64,000 bases of DNA, from positions 36,954,001 through 37,018,000 of the forward strand of contig CM119371.1 in NCBI GenBank assembly GCA_051294905.1, written 5' to 3'. Shown here piece by piece: positions 51,301-64,000 of this stretch (the first letter of the stretch is position 1; the number at the start of each line of letters is the position of its first letter). A program made the translations under genes and the position numbers. Source of the stretch: Botryllus schlosseri. Taxonomy: Eukaryota. Under the pieces are notes generated by a model. It ran no database searches, was not told where the DNA came from, and saw only the letters and a list, made by a program, of their open reading frames with translations.

Positions 51301-54210
51301 AATTTCTTCATCTTTCTCCTGACACCGGCCTTGTAGCTGCAAATTGTAAGATGGGTGACTTTATATCGTATTGGGTGGTCTATGCTGTTACAGTATGTAT
51401 GCGGCAAGTTTCTATTGGCCATATTGAATCTTACTAGCTCCATCTCCTGCTTCAACAGGATACAATTCTCACAAGAAGCCTTTAGGTTGAGATTCTAAAT
51501 ATATCGCCATATGTAGGCCTACAATTCGTTGATGCAGCCCAGAAATGCATTTTGCTGTGGTAGTCCGGGGTGATCTGAAATAAAAACGACCAGCAGACAA
51601 CGAAAATACATAAATTCACCTTGGTTTCTATGTCCAATATACCAGTTGCGGGCGTAATCCCATAAATATCACTGCCAATATGAACGAAAACTACAGCCTC
51701 ACACATAGGTTCAGGCTGTTTTTGTGGTCTTTTGAGACCAAAATGGATGCCGCAACGTAACAGTGGCATGACGCAACAATGACCTCGCACTTCTTGCCCT
51801 TCTACATTCGTTGGGCGTAACCATACCGTATACTTTTTCGCTCTTCATTTTCGCCTTTGGTGGGAGGGATTCGAGCCCCGGCGCGGCGTGGCGGCGAGGC
51901 AAGCACAGTGCTTATACCCATTAGGCCACGACGCCCTCGAGAGCGGGAGACGATACGCGGCAATTCGAATTCGCACGCTCGCGTCATCCGCTGGAGGTCT
52001 CTCGCATAATCCCGCGGTTCCCGCCGTCCGCGAGCGGGCTCGTAGTTTGGGGCCGGGCGAACACAATGGCACGGGCACTCAAAAATGAACAGAGTAACAA
52101 TTTAAAGATTCTAATCGTGTAGTGATACATGATTTCTTAGCGTACTGAAATTAGACGATCCTGTCGAAGTTACATTATGGCATCCTCTGTTGGGGGGCTG
52201 CCAGTAAAACTGCACTCAAGCCACTGCAGAAACTACAGCATAAAGTGCTCCGAATCATAGCTAGGGCCCCAAAGGGGCCTGGCTGCCCATCCAATAAGTC
52301 GCTGCTGAAGAGATTCGGCGTCCTAAACATAGAAGATATGCGGAAACTAGAAATCGCCAAGTTTATGTATCAGTTTCACTGCGGTCGTTGCCCCGAATAT
52401 TTCAATGACTTCTTTACCTCTGAATCAAAAGCGCGCACAAGTACAACACACGCGCGTCCACGTCGTCCAAATATCATATGATCGACCGAAAAGATCATCG
52501 CTCCATCAGATATGCCGGACCTGATGTGTGGAATAGTATCCCGCCGGCCATCCGACAGTCGACGAGCATGTCCACATTCAAGTCGAAATACAAGCAATTA
52601 CTACTAAATAAATACAGTCCGTCCTCAAGATTACCGGACCACGACTGACCTATCGATCTCGCTTCCCATGACATGCCGCCCTATTTCTTGTCGCTTTCTT
52701 TTTCTATACTGTATTCTTTACTTTCATTCAGTGTGCATGCCTCCTCTTTACTACGCCTAGGCCAAGGTGGGTGTCCGATTCCATTGACAAATCCAAGTCG
52801 CTTCGACATCTTCCTGTCTATTCATTGTATCGCATTTTTTGTGGTGTATTGAACTGATAAAATTGCTAATAAACCAATGATGATGTCGCTAAGAGTTAAT
52901 TTATAGTTTCGAAGTAATTTCCCAACGCGTTGCGGCATACGAAGCGGGGTGCGTCATTGTATATGAGATATCTGTGAAGTCGTGGTCGAGCCGCGGCAAC
53001 AGTGACAATGGATGCGCAATAGGACTGTTGAAAAATAACCTTTATTTCTGAATCTTGTTGGTTACGTGATTAAATCGATAAAACGACGTATTTTATTCGC
53101 TGTGGCCACTCTACATGTATAATTTGTATACATTTCAACTTTCCACGCCGTTCTCATTGATAATCGAACACTCGACACGACTCGAAGCCCAATACACATT
53201 GTCGTCTACTTATGACCCGTCGTTTCTAAAAGCTTATCGCTCTTTCAATTTAGAGTCCCAATTTCCAGCGCGGCGCTCGACGCTCAGGCTATCGCTCTCC
53301 CCCGTGGCGAGCGAGGGCCGATCATCAATGGGCTTTTGCCGCGTTGTAGTACTGGTTGGCGACGTGGCAGAACCGGGCTGCGGTCATCGCCTGACAGGTC
53401 TGAACTGCCCCTCAGACGAGCGCGGGTCAGATGGGGCTGCGGGTCTTGCTAGCTCCGCGAAACGCGGCTGTAGGAAGTAGAGGTGTTAATTTTGCACAGC
53501 TCGATCGAGCTGCCCCGCCGTCGAAAACCGGTCGTTTACGCAGCCGTCTCGCGCGGATCCGGAGCTTGCGCGCCGGTCAGCGCGCGAACACGTTCCGCCC
53601 CGCGGACCGGTCGGCCACTTCCGGGGTCGGCGCCACGGCCCGGGTCACGACGAACACTAGCACAGAAAGCCGTGCCCCGACCGGCGTCGGCCGTCGCCGA
53701 GAGCTTCATCGTTTCGTTCGCGTCTGCTCGTTCGGCAGTCGTTGGTTATATACGTATACACTACAAAAAAAATTAGACAAATTGGTCTCAAAATTAGACA
53801 AATTTGGTCTCAAATTTAAGAAATGAGGATGATTTGGTCTCATTTTACCACCCACTCACCATAAATGCTATTTTCGACTCAGACAACCATATATATATTG
53901 ATATGAATAGTACATGTGAGTAGTAAGTGGCATGTACCTTGATAACTATATCTAGTGAATACCTTGTAAACTTAGTACAGGATCATCTCAACACTGCAAT
54001 TTCTGGTCTCTCTCATCCTTCCCCTCCTCCGCTCAGACCCCTAACACTGAAAAGGATGCCCCCGAGGCACTGCTACTATTTTCGATCAATTTCTGGCTTA
54101 CTTTTGAGACATAAAGTACTTGGTAAGACTAATTGGTCTTTAAGACTTTTTTTTGTAAAAAATCGATTTGAGACATTGAGACCAAATTTGTCTTATTTTT
54201 TTTTGTAGTG

Positions 54211-54702
54211 TTGTTGTGGTATTCGTGGTGTTTTTCGATTACTCCGGACCGCGGTGAATGCGGCCCTCGAACAATTTTGAATTGAAAATGCATTAAATGT
54301 GAACCCGGCCCTCGGGAAATTTTGTATTCACCGGCAACCCTAATATCCTAACCCTAACCCTAATATCCCACCTCCGGCAACCCTAATATACCACCTCCAC
54401 CAACCCTAATATCCCCCTCCCCCAACCCTAATATCCCCCCTGCCCCAACCACGCGTGGTCTACTTGTTGTGGTATTCGTGGTGTTTTTCGATTACTCCGG
54501 ACCGCGGTGAATGCGGCCCTCGAACAATTTTGAATTGAAAATGCATTAAATGTGAACCCGGCCCTCGGGAAATTTTGTATTCACCGGCAACCCTAATATC
54601 CTAACCCTAACCCTAATATCCCACCTCCGGCAACCCTAATATACCACCTCCACCAACCCTAATATCCCCCTCCCCCAACCCTAATATCCCCCCTGCCCCA
54701 AC
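54211..54702. repeat. 253-bp tandem duplication with aaccctaatatccc repeats
   Basis: 54211-54450 is repeated from 54464. Similar C-rich repeats continue at 56605-56880. Confidence 0.85.
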
Positions 54703-56604
54703 CACTGGCGTAGCAGCATGTGCTGCCGCCCCTGGCTCTCGCTTAAAATGCCGCCCCCTAAGTAGACCCGGTACGGTAACAGCACTTCGTCAGCTCCCCT
54801 CCCCCATAGGTGATAAACCGAACTTCTGGTGGGTTTCGCCCCTCAGACCCCCTCACGCTATTCGCTGTTTATCGATACTTTTCGTCTACATTGGGTGTCC
54901 GTTCCTGAGTCAGTTTTTTTCGCCTATACGCGCGAGGCGCGAGAAATTTACATAATTCATGATTGAATCGGTCAATATGATGCGAAATTGCATATATATT
55001 GCTATCAATTTTTATCCTCTCTCTGCTCACTTAATCTGATATACCGGTAGAGCAGAGTGAGGTGTGTTAGAAATGGTAGGACCCCTCAATAATAATTGAA
55101 CATCTTCGGGCGGCCGGATCCATTGGTATGACTTCGTTACGTAGGCCTAATGTTATTTGGCGACCTCCTGTCTGCCATATAAAAATATAGAATCGCCCAA
55201 ATGTACTAAACTAAAAGATCACACGATTTCAAATTGTTATTTCTTCACTGGCTTATAATTTTTCCGTGCGGGATAGTGTCAGTCTTGTGAGGTTCAGATT
55301 GCCAAGACAGCAACATTCGGCGCCAGTCATTTAAGCGCCTATGGACAATTAAACCTATATGTATTTTGTAAAGGTATATATAACGAAGTTTTCGGTAAGC
55401 ATGAGCGCAGTCCTTTTTGGCCAATGTTTTCTCGCTGCCGATCGTTCTGGCGCACTTCTTGGAGTTGCATGTTACATGACCGAAAACTATATATGTCTTG
55501 GTGCGTCGTGGCGCGGTAATGGCCAACGGCGATATGCCAATTTCTAAAAGTCGCGCGTATTTCTTCTTGAGGGAAGAGTAGGCTTCCCAATAAACAAAAT
55601 ATTTGTCTACTTGAGATAGTTGCATAAATTTTCAAAAAATACTCTATAATTTATACTAATTCATGAAATAATTTTGGCCCCCCTTCGAGCTCCCCCCCCA
55701 ATTGGGGGTTTGGGGTGCGGCAGTTGCGTAGACCGCAACAAATTTCGACATGGATTCATGTTCAAGCAATGTTTTCAGTAAAAATTATTACAAATAGTAT
55801 GTAGTAATAGTAATAAGACCAAAAAATAATAAAGACAAGAAATAACGAACTAATGTAGTTCATTATCGAGTCTGAATTACACTTGTATAAATTTAAGCAC
55901 AATCTGCCAATCTGACAATTATTACCAGGTTAAGACCGGTTTACCCGTTTAGCTTACCGGTTTACCCGTTTACCTTCACAGCTATCTCGGTCTGCCGTAC
56001 CAAATCGTAACCCAGCGTATATATAGATCACTAACCTACGGATAGATGGGCACTGGGCAACTTAGTTGTCACACTTGAATACCCGGACAAGCCTACTGAT
56101 GAGACAGCTAAAAGCAGCATAATTGGCCATGGTCATTGGTCATCCTATAGTTGGCCATGCCTTCCGAGCGTTCAAATTTAACAATACTGATTCTATAATC
56201 GAAAGCTATCGTTGCACTGATTACGGAAATAGAATTTATGCTGGTTTTAAAATCGGCATTTTTCCGAATAATCGCTCGATATAATTTCCATTATCACGGC
56301 CAATTGGTCATTGTGTTATGTTGCGGCACTCCGATTGTTGGGAACAACCGGCCTTGACGACTATTTTGGAGTGGTTCCATTGTCATGTTAACATATTCGG
56401 AATCAGCGTGACACTAGCTTTCGATTGAGACAAGTTTGATTAAATTTCAACTCATGGGACGCCAGCTATAGGACTACCAATTATGCTGCTTTTAGCCGGC
56501 TGCGTACAGTACACTGTGCAGTGTACAGCCTCATTTTGCCGCCCCCTTGGAGCCTGCCGCCCCTGGCGCAGAGCCAGAACCGCCAAATGGCTGCTACGCC
56601 ACTG
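54703..56604. mobile_element. Non-autonomous hAT-like element
   Basis: CA(C)TGGCGTAGCAGC / GCTGCTACGCCACTG; flanks gccccaac / cccccaac. The interior shares blocks with 9682-11280 and 12241-26480. Confidence 0.75.
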
Positions 56605-58407
56605 CCCCCAACCCTAGTATCCCCCCTCCCCCAACCCTAGTATCCCCCCTCCCCCAACCCTAACATCCCCCTCCCCCAATATCCCACCTCCCCCAACCCT
56701 AGTATCCCCCCTCCCCCAACCCTAATATCCCACCTCCGGCAACCCTAATATCCTAACCCTAACATCCCACCTCCACCAACCCTAATATCCCACCTCCCCC
56801 AACCCTAGTATCCTACCGAACCCAATGTCCCACTCCCCGAACCCTAATGTCTCCCTCCCCCCTACCCTACCCCACCTCAACCTACAGTTGCAATAACGAG
56901 CAGACCACGCGTGGTTGATATGTGAGCAATAACAATCGTTGGGATATATTTTTCATCTGAACAAGTCACACACAATATACAATGCGATAAGACCCAATGC
57001 GATGTCATGAACAGATACGAGGATGTCGAGCGTCGTACGTCCGCCCCTCGCCAAGTCAATTCAACAATGAGCCGACCACGCAATCATGATCACGTGATGT
57101 GATCACGCCGTGACTGCGTGACCTACGCATGCCCTGACCTCCTTACAAGACCGACAAATCAGTTGATAATAACATTATTAGTTTATTAATTCATATTAAT
57201 ACTTGTTAATACACTTAATTTCAAAATTTCCCGAGAGCGGAGTTCACCGAGGGCCGAGTTCATCGAGGGCCGGGTTCTCCGAGGGCCGGGTTCTCCGGGG
57301 GCCGAGTTTGTAAGGCCGTGTTCTCCAAGGTCCGGGTTCTCCGGCAACCGTTACGACAGTATGGATTGATCGTAAAATATGTGCCCGTCCCAGCTGACTT
57401 ACAAAATTCGTCTGACATTTGGTTTCCCTGGAAAGCTTCAACAGGCCCGGGCAATTTGCCGTCATGGTAGAGTGGAGGAGGGAGTTGGTGTCAGACTTGC
57501 TAAGGTTAAACCATCGTTGTCATAGTGACGTTTTCCAACCATCTGGTCATCGGTTTCTGCCGTACCGGGTAAAATTAGGTAACCATGTTCACATGCTAAT
57601 GGCACACCTTCACACAGTTTAGTGCTTGTTATTTTTAATTAAATCACCAATCTTGATAATTCAGGTGTCATTTAGCTTGAAAATTCCTTGCAATGAGTCC
57701 GTGACTAGGAAATAAATAGGATCCATTGACGCATACATTGTGCCGCACAGGAAAAAAGAGTCCTGCAGTAGAATACTATGAAGGAGCAATTTCAGTCACA
57801 TCAACCTTACTAAACCCAACTGAATCGATGACCTTTATTGAAATTAATTAATTTTCTTCCAATTGTGTGGCATACAGCTGGTTGTCAGTCTACTACCATT
57901 AGATATGCATTTGCGTCGACGTGTCTGACTCATTTCGTGAGAAATTATTAAAACTCAGTTTCGGGTAGAGTTCTAAAAAGTTTGAAAACCACTGCATTAC
58001 ATGCATTGTACTTGTTTTTGAATTTCCTCCGCTTCGTAGCAACACGTCATTGAGGTGCACATCGAAAAACTATCTACCGTATGCAGAAACTGATATTCCA
58101 ACATTAAAAAATATTGAAATAGAAGTAGTACAGTATATGAAAAACAATACTTGAGCAAGTGAAACTATAGTAGTTTTCGACTCGAGTCGAGTATTGCAGT
58201 ATCACTCATTATGATGCCAACAAATTGCGAATGATGCGGAAAGTTCTAATATGTGCCTTTTATGCGGCCACAATGAATTGAATACCAATTCTACTTCACA
58301 TCGAAGATTTGGTATTTTTCGACCATACCTATGTGGTTGCACTTTGTGTCAATGCTGTGATTGATCACGACTTCACAGATATGTCATTTCCACTAACGTG
58401 CGCAGTG

Positions 58408-58862
58408 GGGCTGTTCAAAAATAACTTTTTTTTCTGGATTCCAGCCATTCACTGATTAAATTGTCAGGTTACCATATAAAACGCTCCACAACAAACTTGA
58501 TTCAATTCTAACAAGTACAATTTGGGGCAATTATAACAAGTATAGACTTCGCAGATCCAATTTATAATTTTAACTTATTAGATAAATAACAAAAAATTCA
58601 AATTTTTCTGCCATTTCTATGAAATTGTTGAGCTTTCTTCAAAGACGATGCAAAACAAATTTGACTCAATTCCAACTAGTATAAGCGGTGGTATTTGAGT
58701 TTTTCCTCAATAATTCTCCCTTATAAATTGAAATTTTCAATTGGACCTGTGGAGTCTTATACTTGTTATAATTGCACCAAATTTGGAGTGCAGGGTTTTT
58801 TATGGTAACCTGACCAACTAATCAGTGAATGGCTGGAATACAGAAAAAAAATTGAGCAGCCC
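58408..58862. mobile_element. GGGCTGTTCAAAA-family MITE
   Basis: Long imperfect inverted arms; same family as 11016-11173. Confidence 0.75.
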
Positions 58863-59309
58863 TAGTGCACAGCTTTGTACTGCTGAATTCGTATGTTGCG
58901 ATATCATCAATTATCACAGTGGAAAACTGCATCAAAAACGTAACTGTTAGCGATAAGAAGGATCGAATAATTTCAGTACTCGAGCAAGTCGTCTCTCACG
59001 ACTCGAATCATTAGGATGAATGTTCAATTCAAATTTGAGTCCCCGAATCATTGTGCCTTGCTGTAGTAATGAGTTAATTACAGTTTGCAAACTTCGTTAC
59101 AAAATCTGTTGAAAATTTGTGCCTAACATTTTGCATTTAAAACTTCAAGCAGGATGTTTTCATAATTGCTATATTTTATAGATGCATTCAGTAGCGATCA
59201 TTTCAACAAGTGAGTGACACAGACTCTAGTATTGTAACTATTCATCGTGACTTGAAAGATCGTTTAGGACTTAGTTGGTATTTACAAGAGTAGTGGAGGA
59301 TTTGAGGTC

Positions 59310-60848
59310 ATGCATTGCGGTGTCAAAAATCATGAATGTGATGTATGTGGGAAAACATTTACTCATAAGTGTGACCTGAAGCGTCATATGGAGATGCATG
59401 TCGGCGTCAAAAACCATGTATGTAATGTATGTGGAAAAGCATTTACTCAGAAGGGTGGCCTCAAACCTCATATGGAGATGCATGCTGGCGTCAAAAATCA
59501 TGAATGTGATGTATGTGGGAAAGCATTTACTCTGAAAGGTCACCTCAAGCGTCATATGGAGATACATGCTGGCCTCAAAAACCATGGATGTAATGTGTGT
59601 GGAAAAGCATTTACTCAGAAGGGTAGCCTCAAACTTCATATGGAGAGGCATGCTGGCGTCAAAAATCATGAATGTGATGTGTGTGGAAAAGCTTTTACTC
59701 AGAAAGAAGACCTCAAGCAGCATATGGACATGCATGCTGGCGTCAAAAATCATGAATGTGCTGTGTGTGGAAAAGCATTTCCTCACAAAAGTAACCTTGA
59801 TCTTCATATGAAGATGCATGCTGGCGTCAAAAATCATGAATGTGAGATATGTGGAAAATCATTTCTACATATGGGTAAGCTGAAGCTTCACATGGAGATG
59901 CATGCTGGCGTCGAAAATCATGAATGTAATGTATGTGGAAAAGCATTCACTCTGAAGTGTTACCTGAAGCTTCATATGGAGATACATGCTGGCGTCAAAA
60001 ATTATGAATGTAATGTGTGTGGAAAAGCTTTCACTCAGAAGGGTTTCCTCAAGCGTCATATGGAGGCGCATTTTGCCGTCAAAAATCATGAATGTGCTGT
60101 ATGTGGAAAATCATTTACTCGAAAGGATATTCTGAAGCTTCATATGGAGATGCATGCTGGCGTCAAAAATCATGAATGTGCTGTGTGTGGAAAAGCATTT
60201 CCTCTGAAGTGTTACCTCAAGCGTCATATGGAGAGGCATGCTGGCGTCAAGAACTATGAATGTAATGTGTGTGGCACAGAATTTAGTCAGAAGGGTCACC
60301 TGAAGATTCATATGGAGATACATGCTGGCTTCAGAAATCATGAATGTGTTGTATGTGGAAAAGCATTTCCTCGTATGCATAGCATCAAGCTTCATATGGA
60401 AATGCATGCTGGCGTCAAGAACCATAAATGTAATGTGTGTGGCAAAGCATTCTCTCAGAAGAGTCAGCTGAAGATTCATATGGAGATACATGCTGGCGTG
60501 AAAAATCATGAATGTGCTGTGTGTGGAAAATCATTTACACATAAGGGTAACCTGAAGCTTCACACGGAGATGCATGCTTGCGTCAAAAATCATGAATGTG
60601 CTATATGTGGAAAAGCATTTACTCGGAAGGGTGGCCTCCAACCTCATATGGAGATGCATGCTGGCGTCAAGAATCATGAATGTAATGTATGTGGAAAAGC
60701 ATTTACTCAGAAGAGTAACCTGAAGTGCCATATGGAGATACATGCCAGCGTCAAAAATCATGAATGTGATGTGTGTGGGAAAGCATTTACTCAAAAGGGT
60801 CACCTGAAGCGCCATATGGAGAGGCAAGCTGGCGTCAAAAATCATTAA
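59310..60848 (+). CDS. Tandem C2H2 zinc-finger protein (18 repeats of 28 aa); possibly the last exon of a spliced gene
   Basis: CxxC-x12-HxxxH repeats with an (H)AGVKNHE linker. The 18th repeat lacks the final His, and a decayed 19th follows the TAA. Confidence 0.93.
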   Translation: MHCGVKNHECDVCGKTFTHKCDLKRHMEMHVGVKNHVCNVCGKAFTQKGGLKPHMEMHAGVKNHECDVCGKAFTLKGHLKRHMEIHAGLKNHGCNVCGKAFTQKGSLKLHMERHAGVKNHECDVCGKAFTQKEDLKQHMDMHAGVKNHECAVCGKAFPHKSNLDLHMKMHAGVKNHECEICGKSFLHMGKLKLHMEMHAGVENHECNVCGKAFTLKCYLKLHMEIHAGVKNYECNVCGKAFTQKGFLKRHMEAHFAVKNHECAVCGKSFTRKDILKLHMEMHAGVKNHECAVCGKAFPLKCYLKRHMERHAGVKNYECNVCGTEFSQKGHLKIHMEIHAGFRNHECVVCGKAFPRMHSIKLHMEMHAGVKNHKCNVCGKAFSQKSQLKIHMEIHAGVKNHECAVCGKSFTHKGNLKLHTEMHACVKNHECAICGKAFTRKGGLQPHMEMHAGVKNHECNVCGKAFTQKSNLKCHMEIHASVKNHECDVCGKAFTQKGHLKRHMERQAGVKNH

Positions 60849-61752
60849 TGTGGTATATGAGGGAAGTCATTTACTCAGAAGAGTCACTCATGATTATCCT
60901 TGGTGACATCAAAAATCTTGTCTGCAATATTGGCAACAAAGCTCGAACATGCCCCAGACGTGGTGTCCGAGTGGCAATACAGTCCAAATCTACCCCATAC
61001 GTAATGTCGTCCGGTCACTTGCATACAATATCTGTTTACGAAGCGAAAAGCAATCGCTAGCTGCAACTGGGTACCAATCCGTTAATCACGTGTTGCGCAT
61101 CTATCCTTAGGTTGGTTATCCATAGTCGAACGCTTCGTAGACACTCGGCCGCGTCTGGCGTCTGAGCGGGTTCAGTTTCTGTCGCACTCATGTGCAGAGT
61201 CGTATTGAACTTGCTGGACACCAAACACCCATGTTCAGAGTCCATTTCTGGTGAATCTATTTTTTCATATCAGCTTACTGTGTGCACCGAAATCGCGAGT
61301 GGTCTAATTATGAACAGTTACTGGCAGTCAGCATGATCGCTTGAATGCAAAAGTGAATGTTGTCATTATTATTAGCAGTTTCACATATTACTATCAAATA
61401 TTTAAATGATGAAGGTGGTGTATTCAAAAATTTAGGGCAAGTTATAAATGATGATGCATCTTCGGACTCTTTTGCATGCTGTTTTTTCTTGAACTCCTGT
61501 CAGGATTGTCGGTATAATGGTAAGATGTTGGAATCGCCCAAACGCACCAGAAACAAATTTCTTTCGTGAGGAGCACACGGTTACATACTAAGTGAATAAC
61601 GTATTGACAGCCGCTCAAAATTCTTTCTACGGCCACAGGATGCAGGGTTGTAATCAAGTCACAAGTCAACTCTCACTTTTATAGTTTTGACTCGAGTCAA
61701 GTCGAGTCATTTTTAATTCACCATCGAGTCAAGTACGAGTCAGTTAGTCGAG

Positions 61753-62007
61753 CAGTGGTTCCCAAATCTCGGAAGGGGGTGCGAAGAAGAGGTCAACCTC
61801 TAATCCTCACATGTTTCTCTCTATATACACCGCATTTCTTATTTTTTAATTTCTTTCATCAACAGTTATCACCTTCCATGCCATCAAAAAATCTGTTGGA
61901 GTTGCTAGCATCCCGGTTGGATTTTGTGACATGACGATAAGGAGGCGCGAAATTTTCACTACAGTATCATAAAGGGGGGCGTGTCTAAAAAAAGTTGGGA
62001 ACCACTG
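61753..62007. mobile_element. hAT MITE
   Basis: CAGTGGTTCCCAA / TTGGGAACCACTG; degenerate 8-bp flanks tagtcgag / ttgtagag. Confidence 0.65.
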
Positions 62008-63746
62008 TTGTAGAGGTACGAGTCTGAGTCAAAGTCCACTGTTCAATTTTCAGTTCAATCCACTTTTTCAACTTTGCTCGAGTGAAATAGAATGTCTCGC
62101 ATTGATATTAGCCCATAGTAAATTTCCTCAGTCTAATAGTTTCTGGCCCTATTCTCCAAGTATCGGGACTGATGGACGAGATACCAATAATGTGTTAACT
62201 TTATTATCCTTCGAAGTTACAATGAAATGTCTGTCCTGTCCGCCCTATAGTATCGAGTCATATGACTTGGTTCGCGTCATGTACAATGACTCGAGACGAT
62301 TCATTACAACCCTTGCATGTTGGCCAGCCATGAGCGAGAGTGCTTTGCAGCAAGTGTTTCACATGACATGCTGTTGTGTTTCAAATTGCCATAAATATTG
62401 TGTTGCTATTGTTGCAGATTAGTTGTAGTCGTCGAGAATACGAAAGTTCTGTATTCAGGATAACGTGACTACTGATTATGACTGGTAATTGGCTATGCTG
62501 CTGCATCAGCCCTTTACAGTGGTGGTGTTTCACATAGGGCGAGCACGAGCATATACGAAAGGTGGGATTGCTGCAGAATTGACGCCCCCCTGTTCTGAAA
62601 ATCCATGGTGAGTTGACGAACGCCGAGTTGTGCTATACTATTACTCGAAGTATTTTAGTTGGACATTTTCTGAATCATAATTAGCAGTTTTATAATTTCT
62701 ATCAGCCCTTACCATGCAATCCAATGTACATCTCATTTATGTTTAAGCGTAGTAAGTAACGCTGCGATGATAGCAGTAAGCTAACATGAATCCACATTTT
62801 GGCAATTTCACATTTCATGCATAATTTGGCTTTTGGCGCAACGACCTAATACATTGGTTCTTAAACCTTTTTGATCGCGGATCCCGTCAAGTTTTCTGGA
62901 CGGTTGCGCGTAACCCCCATATGTCAGAGGCCAGAGACTGGAAGCTCATCACCTCAAACTGTATTGTCATCACCTCAAACTGTATTTAGGCTATTTTACT
63001 TTTGAAATAACATAACAAATGCCAAGATTAAGTAGTCACAGTGCAACTCACAACGTCATTCTCAGAGGATAATCTGGTTTTGTAGTTTCTTGATAATGTA
63101 ATGCCTTTTCACGTGACCCTAAAACTAGTTCGTGTGTCCCTAAGGGGCTCGTGGACCCCAGTTTGAGAAACCTGACCTTGATTTCAGTACGATTTGATAT
63201 GATTATTTGCCATTCTCATGCTTATTTGAATTTAATCTGATCTGATGAAGAACTGAACTTGATTTTGTTGTATTTCTTTCTAATGCGGGATATAGTTCAA
63301 CCACCGAGTTGTGGAGAATTCTGTGGTTCTTATTGTTATTTAATTTTGAAAAATCTGTGTAGCTACATGATATTAATTCTAATATCATTTGTAAAATCTG
63401 TCCCACTCTCCTTGCCAGCTTGCGGGACCCGTCATTCACCAACAGATTCAAACATTCATTCGGGCCGACGGGCTGATGCAGATGAAAGACGGAAATATCG
63501 TGAAAATAACGGAAGACCTCGGTCACAGAAGATATTAAGGTGTGTGCGGCTCAGTGCCTCATGAAATGAGCCCACTGCGACGACACACCACGTTCTGATT
63601 TTCCACGATCGTGGATTTTCCAGGAACGGGATCACGTCGCCAGCCCAGATATGCCTAAATTTTGTCAAAGTAGTCACAGCAGATACTTTAGTGAAAATAA
63701 AAGTAATGTTGTACATCTCTACTCAAGTACAAGAAATGATCTACAT

Positions 63747-64000
63747 CAGTCGTTCTCAACCTTTTTCACCTTGCGGACTGGTGGATTTTCAAAAATTGAG
63801 ATGAAGCCAAAATGTAACGTATGCAAGTTTTTTTGTAATTACATGGTGCCAGAGAGTGACATTTAGAGGGTTTTATTCCTAATTATCTATCTTCATAATG
63901 GCATCCATTTGATTTCATGGCAATGAGTCTGCTGAGTCGAGGTAAAATTGGCTTGTCCAGATTGACGTGCCGCCGAATGTCGTTTACAGTCTTTCACGCC
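63747..64000. mobile_element. Left part of a hAT element of the 9682-11280 family (runs off the window)
   Basis: CAGTCGTTCTCAACCTTTTTCACC...; aligns by eye with 9682-9940. Confidence 0.8.

Larger units (their letters stand above)
29946..54210. repeat. 4124-bp tandem array (at least 6 units, 7 CACTA MITE copies)
   Basis: MITE starts are at 29946, 33139, 37263, 41387, 45511, 49635 and 53759. ORF-track entries recur every 4124 bp. I saw only isolated differences between units (e.g. 33845, 51810). Confidence 0.97.
29809..57349. mobile_element. Non-autonomous TIR element hosting the array; internal aaccctaatatccc repeats
   Basis: Inverted ends G(A/G)TTGCC(A/G)GAGAACCCGGACCTTGGAGAAC with subterminal ggccctcggagaac repeats. 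Flanks are gttatgac / gttacgac (7 of 8). Confidence 0.75.

Noticed and set aside
4880..51813. One giant P element from the 4880 terminus to an inverted terminus in the array
   Set aside because: The flanks do not match (ctgtgggc vs ggcgtaac), the termini are diverged, and the array arrived as a separate insertion.
54330..56880. Interstitial telomere
   Set aside because: The aaccctaatatccc units are degenerate and internal to a TIR element, not a (CCCTAA)n tract.
59271..60845. Long repetitive minus-strand ORFs (MIFDASMHLHM...)
   Set aside because: Antisense shadows of the zinc-finger repeats.
56022..61124. Two P-2-like TIR remnants (56022 forward, ~61085-61124 reverse) bracketing the zinc-finger gene, suggesting gene capture
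   Set aside because: No shared TSD (gcgtata vs gtcgaac), and the left remnant lies inside other TSD-bounded elements that end before the gene.
62160..63560. Possible small exons of a host gene (AG/GT-bounded segments near 62456, 62520 and 63419)
   Set aside because: I could not build a consistent frame or recognise a product; this needs transcript data.

Overview
Eukaryotic (animal, probably invertebrate; many ~45-65 bp introns) repeat-dense DNA made almost entirely of nested transposons, with one C2H2 zinc-finger array near the right end. From 4.9 to 27.3 kb a disrupted multi-exon P-superfamily element (P-1) hosts a TSD-supported nest: hAT element > small hAT MITE > Kolobok (THAP transposase remnant plus a convergent KolX/P2X7-ballast-like gene) > an apparently intact second P-superfamily element (P-2) > MITEs. 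P-2 is the most unusual object. Its 15-exon THAP/DDE transposase stops shortly after the catalytic Glu. A separate, intronless, convergent ORF inside the same TIRs carries the C-terminal-domain motifs that P-1 has fused in cis, suggesting a two-gene or split P transposon. From 29.9 to 54.2 kb is a near-identical 4124-bp tandem array bounded by CACTA MITEs. The whole array carries a TT target duplication while internal MITEs carry TA, so it looks inserted as one composite unit. All exon models and family assignments were made by eye.
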